Source: Polyangiaceae bacterium (GTDB lineage: Bacteria > Myxococcota_A > Polyangia > Polyangiales > Polyangiaceae). From it: a stretch of 64,000 nucleotides of DNA. Where the stretch lies: contig JBILLK010000024.1 of NCBI GenBank assembly GCA_044376115.1, forward strand, positions 32,001-96,000, written 5' to 3'. Shown in pieces: positions 19,054 through 28,946 of the stretch. How positions within the stretch are numbered: the first letter of the stretch is position 1; each line of letters opens with the position of its first letter. Under the pieces are notes generated by a model. It saw only the letters and a list, made by a program, of their open reading frames with translations, did not search any database and was not told the DNA's origin. The position numbers were made by a program, and so were the translations under genes.

Positions 19054-19650
19054 TCACAGCTCGTAGGTGGCAACGAGGTCGACGGAACAGGGGAAGGTCA
19101 AGTCAGCGCAGCCGGGCCCCTCGCAGGTGATCGTGGCCAGGTAACGCAGCGTGAACGAGGCTGGGTCATTCACCGTCCCGGTGATCTCTTCTGGGGTTGC
19201 GATGACCGTGAGCATGGGGAGCAGGCTCGGCTCCGGAGGGCCCTCGCAGACAACTGAGCCGTCAGGCGAGTAGCTGCAGGTCGTGACGAGGTCCTTGGCC
19301 TCATCGGTCATCGTGAACGTCGTGTCGCTGGTCCACTCGACGACGACCGGGAGGAGGCTAAAGTCGAGTCCAACGCAGGTATTGTTCTCAACCGAGTCGA
19401 CAATTCCATCGTAGGAGCCCTCTTCGAGAGGGAACTCAGGCGCCGAGCCGCCCGAGCCTCCAGCACCACCCGGCCCCACCATACCGCCCGTGCCCCCGGC
19501 GCCTGCGGGCTCGCCGCCCGAACCACCCGAGCCACCCGAGCCGCCCGAGCCGCCCGATCCACCAGAGGCCTCGCTATCGCCACAGCCGAGCGTGAGAACG
19601 AGAGCGCAGAGTGAAAGACGATTGAGACGAAATGCGATGGGCTTGTTCAT
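19054..19650 (-). CDS. Small acidic lipoprotein
   Basis: Lipobox LTLGC, (GGS)n linker, beta-rich domain with several Cys. Confidence 0.7.
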   Translation of the reverse strand: MNKPIAFRLNRLSLCALVLTLGCGDSEASGGSGGSGGSGGSGGSGGEPAGAGGTGGMVGPGGAGGSGGSAPEFPLEEGSYDGIVDSVENNTCVGLDFSLLPVVVEWTSDTTFTMTDEAKDLVTTCSYSPDGSVVCEGPPEPSLLPMLTVIATPEEITGTVNDPASFTLRYLATITCEGPGCADLTFPCSVDLVATYEL

Positions 19651-19709
19651 TGGATGGACTCCGATTGGCAATTGAAAGGGTTCTCCCGCGTGGCGGGCGG
19701 CCGATCTCA

Positions 19710-19757
19710 GTTATCGTTCGCCCTCGTTCGACTTGGTATTTCGGCCTTATTTCGCCG
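19710..19757 (-). promoter_or_regulatory. Conserved promoter box 1 (CGAAATA-N4-CGAAATA-CCAAGTCG-N11-ACGATAAC)
   Basis: Near-identical to 25315-25362 with the same internal spacing. Lies upstream of the 19650 start. Confidence 0.75.
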
Positions 19758-19864
19758 GCCCGCTCGTGCGCGGCCGCGGCCGCAGCCATGCTCGCGAGCC
19801 TTCAAAGCAAAGGCCCTCCCGCACTGCGGAAGAGCCTTACGCAGCGCTTTGCGTTGCCGAGGTC

Positions 19865-22800
19865 TCAGCGGCGCGAGATGCGGCGCCTCACCATCGCAGC
19901 CAACCCGAGCAGCCCGACGAAGCTCCACGCAGAGGTTGGACTTCCTTGCGTCGAGCCCACCGCACAATCGCAGCCTGAGCCCTCCGCCTCACCGTCGTCA
20001 TCGTCAGCGCCGCCGCTGCCGCCATCACCGCCGGAGCCGCCTTCTCCGCCAGCGCCGTTCTCACTGGAGCCGCCGTTCGAGACGCCAGCACCCGAGCCGC
20101 CTTCTCCGCCAGCACCTCCAGAGCCCGACGACGGCGCTCGCACGATCACGTTGATCGCATCGGTCGAGGTCGCGACGCCGTCATCCACGGTCACCACGAA
20201 GGTGTACGACGTGTCTTCGGCGACGATCGGGGTGACGAAGGTCGACAGGCCGTTCAGGCCCTCGAACAGCTCGATGGCGCTCGTGCCGAGCGGCGCCCAA
20301 GCGATGGTGATGGCATCACCGTCGGGATCGCTGCTGGCCGAGCCGTCGAGGATGACCTGCACGCCGCCCTCGACGTCTTGGTCGGGACCCGCAACCGCGA
20401 TGGGCGCTGCTTGGCAGATCCCAGCGTGAGGCACCGCGGAGCCGAAGGGCGTGTTGGTGATTCCAGTGAAGGCGAGGTTGTCGAGCGCCCAACCGAAGCC
20501 GCCCGCATCGACGTCAGAGCCGATGCGGAAGCGGAGGCGAACGGTCTGGCCAGCGAGCGCGGTGCCGAAATCGAGGCTGACGATGTCCGAAGCGGGGAAG
20601 GAGGGGTTGGTCGCCCCGAAGGCCTCACGACCCGAAAGGGGATTCCCATATCCAACGAAGATTGTGCCGGTGTAACCAGGGGCGACCACCGTGGAGACGT
20701 CGACCCAGGTGGCGCCGCCGTCAGTGCTGAACTCGATCACTCCGCCGTCGTACAGGTTGGGATCGCCCGGGAAGCTGCCGAACTCGTGAAGGTGTTCGAA
20801 GGTCAGGACGAGCGGGTCGGTCCCACTGACGACGAGATCCGGCGTCTCGAGTGCCGCGTCGGTGAGTTGAAAGGAGTTCAGCCCATGCCAGAAGTGGTTG
20901 CTGGCGCTCTCGGCCTCGCGTTGCCAAACGAAGTCCGCCAAGTTCCCGGTCTTGGCCCAGCCAGAGTCCGGGTGCTCAACCGTGTCCGTGGCAGAGGTTG
21001 CGTCCGGGTAGTCGACGTTGCCCTGGAATCCCACGGCGGCGCTGGTTCCACCGCCACAAGCAGTGGGCGCGTCCACTGCGATCTGAAACTCCAGGAGTTC
21101 GATACCGGCGAGAGACTCGCTCAGCGAGATCGGCACCTCGATGATCGTGCTCTCGAAGGCGGCGAGGGTTGGGACATCGACGGTTGCGTCGGGCAAGAAC
21201 ACCCCTCCCGAGCTGGTCGAGACAGTGAGGGTCGCACCAGCGAGATCAACGAGGCCGCCGTTGCGGACCTCCACGCTGACCACGCCGTCTTCGGCACCGT
21301 CGAGCGCGCCGTCCGCGTCGCAGGGGTTGACGCTGTCGCTCAAGTTGACGGCGCCTACAACAGCTCTCGCCGTAACGACGTCGCTCTCGACCACGCCGAC
21401 GAAGTCGGTGGAGAAGCGCGCCGGTGATTCGGCGCAGGTACCGGCGCCGCGCGCAGCGAAGGCCTGGGCGATGAGCAGCGCGTCAGCTTCATCCGCGGCA
21501 AGTGCCGCGGCGATCACGCCGTCGCGCGCTTCGGTGAAGGTGGCGTCGAGCGGGGCCATCTGCATGCCGGCGACGACGTAGTCGGCCATGCGCCGCTGCG
21601 CTTCGTCGAAGTCGTACGGCGGGCTGGGGAGCTCGGTCTGCGCGAGCATGCTCGCGTACGCCTCGAACATCATCGAGGTCCACACCTCGCCGGCGTTGTG
21701 GACCTCCGAGTTGGGGTTCCCTGCGAAGACTCCAAGGGGGACGGCGGGAAGCGGCTCCGCATCGCTGATATGCCTGAACGAAAGGCTGTTGATCGTTGGA
21801 TCGGTTGAGTAGGGCACCCGACGGATACCGAAGTACGCGAAGTCTGGGAGCTGGACTGTGGAGTAACCCGTCATCGGATAGGCTGCATCGAGCGGTTCGC
21901 CCTCCTTGATTGCAAGGTGCAACGCGACAAAGTCAGCCCAGCCCTCGCTCGTCGCGACGAACATGGAGCTTCCTCCAATCGCTTGCCGGAAATGCAAGTA
22001 GTGCCCCCACTCGTGCGCGACGATCATGTTGTCCAGCCCGCCATCCCGTTGCACCGAGACGCTGCGACTTAGGTCGACCTGGAAGGGCCCAGACTCCAGC
22101 GCCGACTTCAGCGCTTGACCATCCTCGAGCGACACCATCACCGCGCCGATCGTCGGGCTGGTGGGGCCGGGGCCCATGACGAAGGGCGCAGCGCCTGCGA
22201 CATTGTTGACGATGATCGCTCCGACAGCGCCGGCGGCCTCGGCATTGGAGACCTTCACACTGAAGGGACAGACCCCTCGATCGACGAGCACGATCGAGCC
22301 GGCCACGTTGTTGACGAAGGGCTCGCAGCCGTTGCTGGTTGCGGGGACGCCATCGTCGGCGAGCACCAAGTTGGCCGACGCGGTGAACTGCTGCGGGCCG
22401 AACTGACCACCCGTCGTCAAAAGCGGCACGTTGGCTGGCTGGACCACGAGCGACACCGACTCTTTGCCGTCCCAAACAAACATCTGCATGCGAGGGGAGA
22501 GGCCATCCGCTGGCGTCGCCATGTTGGCGTTGTTGAACTGCGCCGGCTCGCCGGGCACTTCGGTGTTGGAGAATGCTGAGTCCTGTGACTCGGCGCGCAG
22601 CACGTCGCCCCCTGCGCCGCCGCGTCCGTAGTTGAAGAACTGCGCGTTGCCGGCCTGCTCGGTAAAGCCGGAGTCATAGTAATAATCGTGGAGCCAGTTG
22701 TTGACGTAAAAGAGGTTGACCGTCGAGGCGTAGAGCTGGTTTGGCGTCGCGAGCGGACCTTGCGCGAGGTTGTAGTCGTAGTTGAACTCGTCAGGCCCGT

Positions 22801-23926
22801 TGATGCTCACGCGTTCGTCGCCGGTCGAGAAACCATCCGGGAAGCCGCGGTCGGAGTAGGCATCGACGTTGTTGCCGTAGGTCTCCGAGACGAAGGGACT
22901 CGTGGGGTGGGGCAGCCAGGGGTCGGGTACTCCACTAACCGTTGAGTTGAAGCCGTTGGCTTCGACCAGCGAGGGCGAAACGAAGCCCGGCATCATGCCG
23001 TCGGGGACGCCCGTCGGGTGCGGCGTCAGATCGACGTTCGGTCCGTCGAGCGGCCTTCCATCCACCGGATCGGCGAACACCTTGAACCCGATATCGGCGC
23101 TGAGGTTCTTGCGTTGCAGGATGCGGCCGTCCGCCGCCGCGACGATGTAGCGGACGTACTCCGATGAGGTGGTCGGCTTGTTGGCCGCATAAACCTCGAC
23201 GAAGTACGCCGGCACGAGCTCGTCCCCGACGGGGTAGAAGACCTTCTTCGCGCGCGCCGGATCCGAGAACACGAGCGGCGTCTTGCCGTTGGCGACGCTG
23301 AAGCGGAAGTAGCCCGCGTGGTCGACGTCTTTGTCTTGCGAGAGCTTCACGCCCTCTGCGTCGCTTCCAAATAGATCTTTGAGCGAGCGTTCCACCGCCG
23401 AACTCGGGGTGAGCTTGAAGTCGCGCGTCCCCGGCCGGCCGATCTTCGTCGCTTGCGGATGCAAGCTGCCGGAGAGCGCGACCAGCTCGCGGTTACGCCG
23501 CATCAGCACCTTGGCGTCGCTCTCGAACACTTCGATGCTGTCGAGTCGCTGGCGTAAGTGCACGATGATGCCGCCGCGGCCGGTGTCATGAACCTGCTGC
23601 ACGGTGGCGGTGCGCAGCGCCTCGTCGGAGAGACCGTAGACGTCGCGGAAGGCAGCGAGATGAGCGCGTGCGGCGCTCGCGGCATCGGGGCCTTGCGGCT
23701 TGCTCGTCGACTTGGGCGCGAACACGAAGTTCGGCCGGCCGGTGGCTTGATCGACAGAGGCGATGAAGCCGCCGAGCTTGTCGAGGCTCGTGCGCTTGTC
23801 GAGGCTCGCGCGCTGGGTCTGCGGTAAGGACGCGCGTACGTCGAGGAAGTCGGGGCCGTGAGCTTGTGCGGAGGCCGCAAACAGGACGGTGGCGGTAGCA
23901 GCGAGGAATCGGATCGATCGGTTCAT
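19865..23926 (-). CDS. Secreted M36 (fungalysin-like) metalloprotease with FTP propeptide, PA domain, PKD-like domain and MYXO-CTERM tail
   Basis: AHEWGH zinc motif, EGWADF, EVHNAGEVW, LVDRGVCPF...K..NA (PA domain), AGPDQ.V...LDGSASSDPDGD, and GCDCAVG...LLGLAAMVRRR tail. Confidence 0.92.
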   Translation of the reverse strand: MNRSIRFLAATATVLFAASAQAHGPDFLDVRASLPQTQRASLDKRTSLDKLGGFIASVDQATGRPNFVFAPKSTSKPQGPDAASAARAHLAAFRDVYGLSDEALRTATVQQVHDTGRGGIIVHLRQRLDSIEVFESDAKVLMRRNRELVALSGSLHPQATKIGRPGTRDFKLTPSSAVERSLKDLFGSDAEGVKLSQDKDVDHAGYFRFSVANGKTPLVFSDPARAKKVFYPVGDELVPAYFVEVYAANKPTTSSEYVRYIVAAADGRILQRKNLSADIGFKVFADPVDGRPLDGPNVDLTPHPTGVPDGMMPGFVSPSLVEANGFNSTVSGVPDPWLPHPTSPFVSETYGNNVDAYSDRGFPDGFSTGDERVSINGPDEFNYDYNLAQGPLATPNQLYASTVNLFYVNNWLHDYYYDSGFTEQAGNAQFFNYGRGGAGGDVLRAESQDSAFSNTEVPGEPAQFNNANMATPADGLSPRMQMFVWDGKESVSLVVQPANVPLLTTGGQFGPQQFTASANLVLADDGVPATSNGCEPFVNNVAGSIVLVDRGVCPFSVKVSNAEAAGAVGAIIVNNVAGAAPFVMGPGPTSPTIGAVMVSLEDGQALKSALESGPFQVDLSRSVSVQRDGGLDNMIVAHEWGHYLHFRQAIGGSSMFVATSEGWADFVALHLAIKEGEPLDAAYPMTGYSTVQLPDFAYFGIRRVPYSTDPTINSLSFRHISDAEPLPAVPLGVFAGNPNSEVHNAGEVWTSMMFEAYASMLAQTELPSPPYDFDEAQRRMADYVVAGMQMAPLDATFTEARDGVIAAALAADEADALLIAQAFAARGAGTCAESPARFSTDFVGVVESDVVTARAVVGAVNLSDSVNPCDADGALDGAEDGVVSVEVRNGGLVDLAGATLTVSTSSGGVFLPDATVDVPTLAAFESTIIEVPISLSESLAGIELLEFQIAVDAPTACGGGTSAAVGFQGNVDYPDATSATDTVEHPDSGWAKTGNLADFVWQREAESASNHFWHGLNSFQLTDAALETPDLVVSGTDPLVLTFEHLHEFGSFPGDPNLYDGGVIEFSTDGGATWVDVSTVVAPGYTGTIFVGYGNPLSGREAFGATNPSFPASDIVSLDFGTALAGQTVRLRFRIGSDVDAGGFGWALDNLAFTGITNTPFGSAVPHAGICQAAPIAVAGPDQDVEGGVQVILDGSASSDPDGDAITIAWAPLGTSAIELFEGLNGLSTFVTPIVAEDTSYTFVVTVDDGVATSTDAINVIVRAPSSGSGGAGGEGGSGAGVSNGGSSENGAGGEGGSGGDGGSGGADDDDGEAEGSGCDCAVGSTQGSPTSAWSFVGLLGLAAMVRRRISRR

Positions 23927-23953
23927 GGGAAGGTCCTTTGGCAAAAGCTCAGG

Positions 23954-25276
23954 TCAGAAGGTTTGGCTGGCGTTGATCGCGCCGAGGCTCGCGGGGCCGG
24001 CGGCCCAGGTGAAGTCGGCGACCGAAGAGCCGGGCCCGCCGGTGAGCTGGAGTGAGTTGGTCGCGGGCGTGGTCTCGTCCTCGACCAGGCCGATGTCCGT
24101 CGAGGTCAGGCCCGTCAGCGGAGGATCGACGCCGACGATCGCGCCGCCGTGGCTGATGAAGTCGACCGGGTTGTCGAAGGGATCGAGGACCGCGTAGGCC
24201 CAGTTGCCTTCGGGTAGGCCCTCGAGGTCGAACGAGATGGTGCCGAAGCCGTTAGCTTCATCGGCGATCACGCCGCCGAGCGGGCCAACCCCGGCGACGA
24301 TGGTGCCGTCGGCTGCGACCAGCACGAACACGAAGCCCCCGATGTCGATGCCTGCTGCGCCCGCGAGCTCGATCCCTTCGCCGACGTCGGGGTCGGTGTT
24401 GTCGTAGTGGATCTCATTGATCCAAAGGTTCAGGCTGCAACCATCGGTGTCTTCGCTGCAGGCCTCGATCGCCGAGCAAACAGCGCCGGGGGTCGCGCAG
24501 GCGCCGGCTCCATCGCAGCTCTCCTCGCCGTTGCAGAACAGGCCGTCGGAGGTGCACGCAGCGCCTGCGGGCGGCACGTTCTCATTGCAGGTCCCAGCGC
24601 CGTTGCAGGTATCGGCGTGGTCACAATCGGTGTCCATCGCGTCGCCGCAGGCGGTGCCGGAGGACACAGGCCCGCAGGTGCCATCGAACTGAGCGCCAGC
24701 GGCTTTGGAGCAGGCCATACAATCATCGAGCGTGTCGCCACACTCGACGTCGCAGCAGGTTGCATCGATGCAGAAGCCGCTCGAACAATCAGCGTCAGCG
24801 TCGCAACCGAGGCCGTTCGCTTTGGGGCCGGAGGCTGTGCAGGTGCCCTCGACGCAGTCCCAGGCGTCACCCGAGTCGGCACAGTCGGCTTGCGAGAGGC
24901 AGGCCGCGCACACCGGCGGCTCCGCCGTCGTATCGCAGCGTCCGCTCAAGCAATCTACGGTGTCCTCACAAGCGAAGCCATTGCTGCAGGTGGTGCAGCC
25001 CTCGGCGCCGCCCGCGCCGCCGTTGCCACCGTTTGCCCCGCTCGCACCCGCGCCACCGCTCCCGCCCGGACCGACGGCCTCACCGCCGGAGCCACTACCG
25101 CCGGTGGTTGGGCCACCACCGTTCGCTGCTCCGCCGCCGCCGGTCGCGTTCGTGTCGTCGCCGCAGCCAAGCGCCGTGATCAGCGCGAGCGTGAGGGAAA
25201 GTGAACAAGGGCGCAGCCAGCGTCGCTGACGCATGGGGTCGCTAGGGGCCTGGTGTTGCTTCGAGATAAGGGACAT
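23954..25276 (-). CDS. Lipoprotein with Cys-rich repeats and C-terminal lamin-tail-like domain
   Basis: Lipobox ALGC, Gly linker, many Cys repeats, WINEIHYDN..D.GEGIELAG motif. Start uncertain (25233, 25276 or 25309). Confidence 0.75.
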   Translation of the reverse strand: MSLISKQHQAPSDPMRQRRWLRPCSLSLTLALITALGCGDDTNATGGGGAANGGGPTTGGSGSGGEAVGPGGSGGAGASGANGGNGGAGGAEGCTTCSNGFACEDTVDCLSGRCDTTAEPPVCAACLSQADCADSGDAWDCVEGTCTASGPKANGLGCDADADCSSGFCIDATCCDVECGDTLDDCMACSKAAGAQFDGTCGPVSSGTACGDAMDTDCDHADTCNGAGTCNENVPPAGAACTSDGLFCNGEESCDGAGACATPGAVCSAIEACSEDTDGCSLNLWINEIHYDNTDPDVGEGIELAGAAGIDIGGFVFVLVAADGTIVAGVGPLGGVIADEANGFGTISFDLEGLPEGNWAYAVLDPFDNPVDFISHGGAIVGVDPPLTGLTSTDIGLVEDETTPATNSLQLTGGPGSSVADFTWAAGPASLGAINASQTF

Positions 25277-25314
25277 GTCGGTTCCTCCGTCGACACGTGT
25301 TTGTGTCAACGTCG

Positions 25315-25362
25315 GTTATCGTCAGTCCGCGCCCGACTTGGTATTTCGCCCCTATTTCGCCG
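25315..25362 (-). promoter_or_regulatory. Conserved promoter box 2 (same motif as 19710-19757)
   Basis: + strand GTTATCGT...CGACTTGGTATTTCG-N4-TATTTCGCCG. Confidence 0.75.
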
Positions 25363-25374
25363 CGTTCGAGCGCG

Positions 25375-26301
25375 CTACGAAAGCGTGGCTTGGCGCCGCA
25401 CGTCGAGCCGATCCACGCCGATGCGGATGCGTCCGGTGCCCATGCGGCGCTCCACCACGTTGGCTGCGCCCTCGATCGAGAGCGCGGCGAACTGCTTGCG
25501 CGCGCGGCATACGTCGACGTTGAGCCGCAGCTCGTCGGTCGCGAGCATGCGACAAAGCTCATCGCGCTCGAGCCAGCCGCGTTCGGCGGGTGGCAAGCTC
25601 GCGCTGGCGAGCCGAGCTCGCGCGAGCGTCGCGAGCAGATAGTGATAACCGCGAGGCGGCAGCAGGATCTCTTCATCCGGGCAGACCACGGTGAGGTCCA
25701 CGTGTTCTTCGTTCTGGCTCACCACGAAACGCAGCGTGGTGTTCTCGAGCGAGCGCGTGGTCGCGCCTGCTTCGGCGGTAGCGGTCCCGGCCTCCGGCAG
25801 CTCGAGCACCCACGGCTCGCCGCGCACCAAGATGGTCTCTCGATCGACCACTTCACGCGCGACGCCACCGTCTTCCAGCAGCCAACGTCCATCACGCGAG
25901 CCAACCACGCTCACCAGCGGCTCGGATTCTTCCGGCAGGACGATCAGCGACTGCGCGGCCAAGCGAACAGCGCCGCTCGCGACGTGGCGTGCGTAGGCCG
26001 ACGGCGGGCTCGCCTCGACCAGCACGAGGGCCTCACCGTCGGGGCCTCCCAGCGTGAAGGCATCCCCGGCGATGATGCTGCTGCGACCTCCCGCTGCGAG
26101 CCGCTGTTTGCCCAGGAAGGTGCCGTTCTTGCTGCCGAGATCACGCAGCTCCCAGCCGCTGCCCACCCAACAAACCAGCGCGTGTTCACTGGAAACCAGC
26201 GGCGCGTTCACGCGCAGATCACAGTTGGCAGCCCGCCCGATCAAGCAGCGTGATTTCAGCTGAATCTGCTCGCCGTCGGAGGTCCGCTCCAGGGTTCCCA
26301 T
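25375..26301 (-). CDS. FHA-domain protein with C-terminal OmpR-like winged-helix domain
   Basis: FHA motifs IGR...VSSEHA...DLGSKNGT. C-terminal LLATLARAR...GWLERDELCRML...LNVDVCRARKQF resembles a trans_reg_C wHTH. Confidence 0.8.
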   Translation of the reverse strand: MGTLERTSDGEQIQLKSRCLIGRAANCDLRVNAPLVSSEHALVCWVGSGWELRDLGSKNGTFLGKQRLAAGGRSSIIAGDAFTLGGPDGEALVLVEASPPSAYARHVASGAVRLAAQSLIVLPEESEPLVSVVGSRDGRWLLEDGGVAREVVDRETILVRGEPWVLELPEAGTATAEAGATTRSLENTTLRFVVSQNEEHVDLTVVCPDEEILLPPRGYHYLLATLARARLASASLPPAERGWLERDELCRMLATDELRLNVDVCRARKQFAALSIEGAANVVERRMGTGRIRIGVDRLDVRRQATLS

Positions 26302-26399
26302 GTCTTGCTTGGCATAACACACGATGGGGGACCTCAGAAGGTCTGGCGCAGCCTGTGTGGAGGCTCGCTCGCGCACCGCGGGAGGCGTAGCCTGCGTGC

Positions 26400-28937
26400 A
26401 TGGCGGGGGCTGAAACCACGACGCGGATCGCGTTGAAGAACGAGGAGGAGGACGCGCGGCAGGACCGCACGATGACCGCCGCCCCTGGCGCAGCCTCGTC
26501 GACTCGCGTTGCGCAGGGCGCGCTTGAGTTGCCCAGCCGCTACCAAGACCTCGGCCGCATCGCGGCGGGCGGCTTTGGCGAAGTCCGCCGCGTGCGCGAT
26601 CTCGAGCTCGATCGCGTGGTGGTGATGAAGCTCCTGCGCGCCGATAGAGTGTCCGCCAAGGGCACGAGCGAGACGCGCTTCTTCGAGGAGGCTCGGCTCA
26701 CCGCGGGCCTCGAACATCCGGGCATCGTCAGCGTCCACGACCGAGGTCGACTGGAAGACGGCCGCCTGTGGTTCACCATGCGCGAGGTGCGCGGGCGCAC
26801 GCTCACCGAGGTGATCGAGGAGGTGCACGCAGCCGCGCCGACAGACGACTGGAGCGAGAGCTCCTCCGGCTGGACCTTCCGTCGGCTGATCGACACCTTC
26901 GGTCGCGTGTGCCAAGCGGTGGCGTACGCGCATCGCCGCGGCATCGTTCACCGCGATCTGAAGCCCGACAACATCATGGTCGGAGAGCTCGGTGAGGCGC
27001 TGGTGATGGATTGGGGGTTAGGCCTTCACCTTACGCTCGATATGTCTGTAGAAGGCCCGCCGGATAGTGAAGTAGAGGTCGAGGACGTGGCTCGTCTAAC
27101 TCGCTATGGCGATGTGCTCGGCACGCCCGCGTATATGCCCCCAGAGCAAGCCGCAGGCGCGCGGGATCTGCATGGCTTCGCCAGCGATGTGTACTCGCTC
27201 GGCGCGGTGCTCTATCAGGCGCTCGCTGGGCGTCCACCGTATCAAGGGGTCAGTGCCAGCGCCGTCGTTCGCCAAGTGCTCGCCGGCCCACCCCAAGCCA
27301 TCCCGCTGGTCGCCGCCGGACGCTCGATGCCCGCGGAGCTCGTCGCGATCAGCGAGCGCGCGATGGCCCGCTCGATCACCGATCGTTACCGCGACGCCGA
27401 GGCGCTCTCGGTCGACGTGCTGGCCTGGCTCGACGGCGCGCACCGCCGCAGCCGTGCGCTCGCCGTCGTGGAGAAGGCGCGCTCGCTCGCGCCGGAACTG
27501 ACGCGGGTGCGCGCCGCGATCGGCGAGCGGCGAAGGCAAGCAGCGACGCTGCTCGACGGCGTGCGGACCTTCGATCCGGTCGAGCGCAAGGCGCCGGCGT
27601 GGGCGCTCGAGGATGAAGCGATGGAGCTCGAGGTGGCGGCGGCGGCTCGCGAGACCGAGATGGTCAGCGCACTGCAAGGCGCGCTCACGCTGGACCCCGA
27701 TCTCGCGGAGGCCCACGAGGCGCTGGCCGAACACTACAAGAGCGCGCTGCTCGAGGCCGAGCGCGCCCATCGACCGGCCGACGCCGCGCGCGCCGAATCG
27801 CTGCTGCGCATCCACGACCGCGGCCGCTATGGCGCCATTCTGCGCGGTGAAGGCGCTCTCACGCTGGTGACCGAACCGGCCGGCGCAAAGGTAACGTTGG
27901 AGCGCTTCGTCGAACGCGGACGGCGTTTGGTCGCAGAGCCGGCGGGCGAGCTGGGAACGACGCCGCTCTGCGAGGTCCCGCTGCAAAAAGGCAGCTACCT
28001 GCTGCGCCTAACGCTGCCTGGCCACGCCGAAGTTCGTTACCCCGTGCTGATCGAGCGCGGCGGCCATCATGACGGTTGTGCGCCCGGCGACACGGAGCCC
28101 CACGCGATCGCCTTACCGCGCGAGGGCGAACTCTGCGAAGACGACTGCTACGTGCCTGCGGGGTGGACCCTCATTGGCGGGGATGATCTGACCTCCGACA
28201 GTTTGAGTGAGCGCCGCGTTTGGCTCCCAGACTTCGTCATCCGCCGCTTCCCCGTCACGACGCGGGAGTACTTGGTTTTCCTGAATGATCTGCTCGAACG
28301 CGGTGACGAAGCAGGCGCGCTCGCTGCGTGTCCGCGCGCACCGCTCGGGTTGGCGCAGGGCGGGCAAGCGGCGGCATTCGCCCGAGATGCGCGCGGGCGA
28401 CTCGTTCTGCCGCCTGAGCATGAGGCTTCGGGGGGACTCGAGTGGCCGATCGTGTTGGTTGATTGGTATGCAGCGTGTGCCTACGCCGCGTGGTTTGCAG
28501 CGCGAACGAAGCAGGCGTGGCGGCTTCCGAATGAGCTCGAGCGCGAGAAGGCGACGCGCGGTGTCGACGGCCGCTATCTGCCGTGGGGGGACTTCATCGA
28601 GCCGATGTTCGCCCGTGTTCTTGGATCGTGCGCCGAAGAACCCACGATTGCGCCGGTGGATGGCCATCCCATTGATGAGAGCGTCTACGGCGTTCGGGGC
28701 CTCGCCGGCAACACCCGAGACTGGTGCGAGAACGTCTGGGCGCACGACGGACCAACCACCCATGAAGGCGCTTTGGTGCGCTCGCCCGCTCGGCGTGACG
28801 ACGACGACTTCCGAGCGATCCGGGGCGGAGCATGGGCCAGCACCGTGGCGCACGGCCGAGCCGCAGCACGTTTTGCGCTGCGGCCCGACATGGTGCGATC
28901 CGTTGTTGGGATCAGGCTGGTGCGGTCCTTGGGGTGA
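26400..28937 (+). CDS. Ser/Thr protein kinase with PEGA-like and FGE-sulfatase (SUMF1-like) domains, no TM helix
   Basis: AGGFGEV, VMK, HRDLKPDN, DWG and GTPAYMPPEQ. LVTEPAGA...LGTTPL (PEGA). WRLPNELEREKATRG, GNTRDWC, RGGAW and GIRLVR (FGE). Confidence 0.92.
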   Translation: MAGAETTTRIALKNEEEDARQDRTMTAAPGAASSTRVAQGALELPSRYQDLGRIAAGGFGEVRRVRDLELDRVVVMKLLRADRVSAKGTSETRFFEEARLTAGLEHPGIVSVHDRGRLEDGRLWFTMREVRGRTLTEVIEEVHAAAPTDDWSESSSGWTFRRLIDTFGRVCQAVAYAHRRGIVHRDLKPDNIMVGELGEALVMDWGLGLHLTLDMSVEGPPDSEVEVEDVARLTRYGDVLGTPAYMPPEQAAGARDLHGFASDVYSLGAVLYQALAGRPPYQGVSASAVVRQVLAGPPQAIPLVAAGRSMPAELVAISERAMARSITDRYRDAEALSVDVLAWLDGAHRRSRALAVVEKARSLAPELTRVRAAIGERRRQAATLLDGVRTFDPVERKAPAWALEDEAMELEVAAAARETEMVSALQGALTLDPDLAEAHEALAEHYKSALLEAERAHRPADAARAESLLRIHDRGRYGAILRGEGALTLVTEPAGAKVTLERFVERGRRLVAEPAGELGTTPLCEVPLQKGSYLLRLTLPGHAEVRYPVLIERGGHHDGCAPGDTEPHAIALPREGELCEDDCYVPAGWTLIGGDDLTSDSLSERRVWLPDFVIRRFPVTTREYLVFLNDLLERGDEAGALAACPRAPLGLAQGGQAAAFARDARGRLVLPPEHEASGGLEWPIVLVDWYAACAYAAWFAARTKQAWRLPNELEREKATRGVDGRYLPWGDFIEPMFARVLGSCAEEPTIAPVDGHPIDESVYGVRGLAGNTRDWCENVWAHDGPTTHEGALVRSPARRDDDDFRAIRGGAWASTVAHGRAAARFALRPDMVRSVVGIRLVRSLG

Positions 28938-28946
28938 CCGAGCTAG

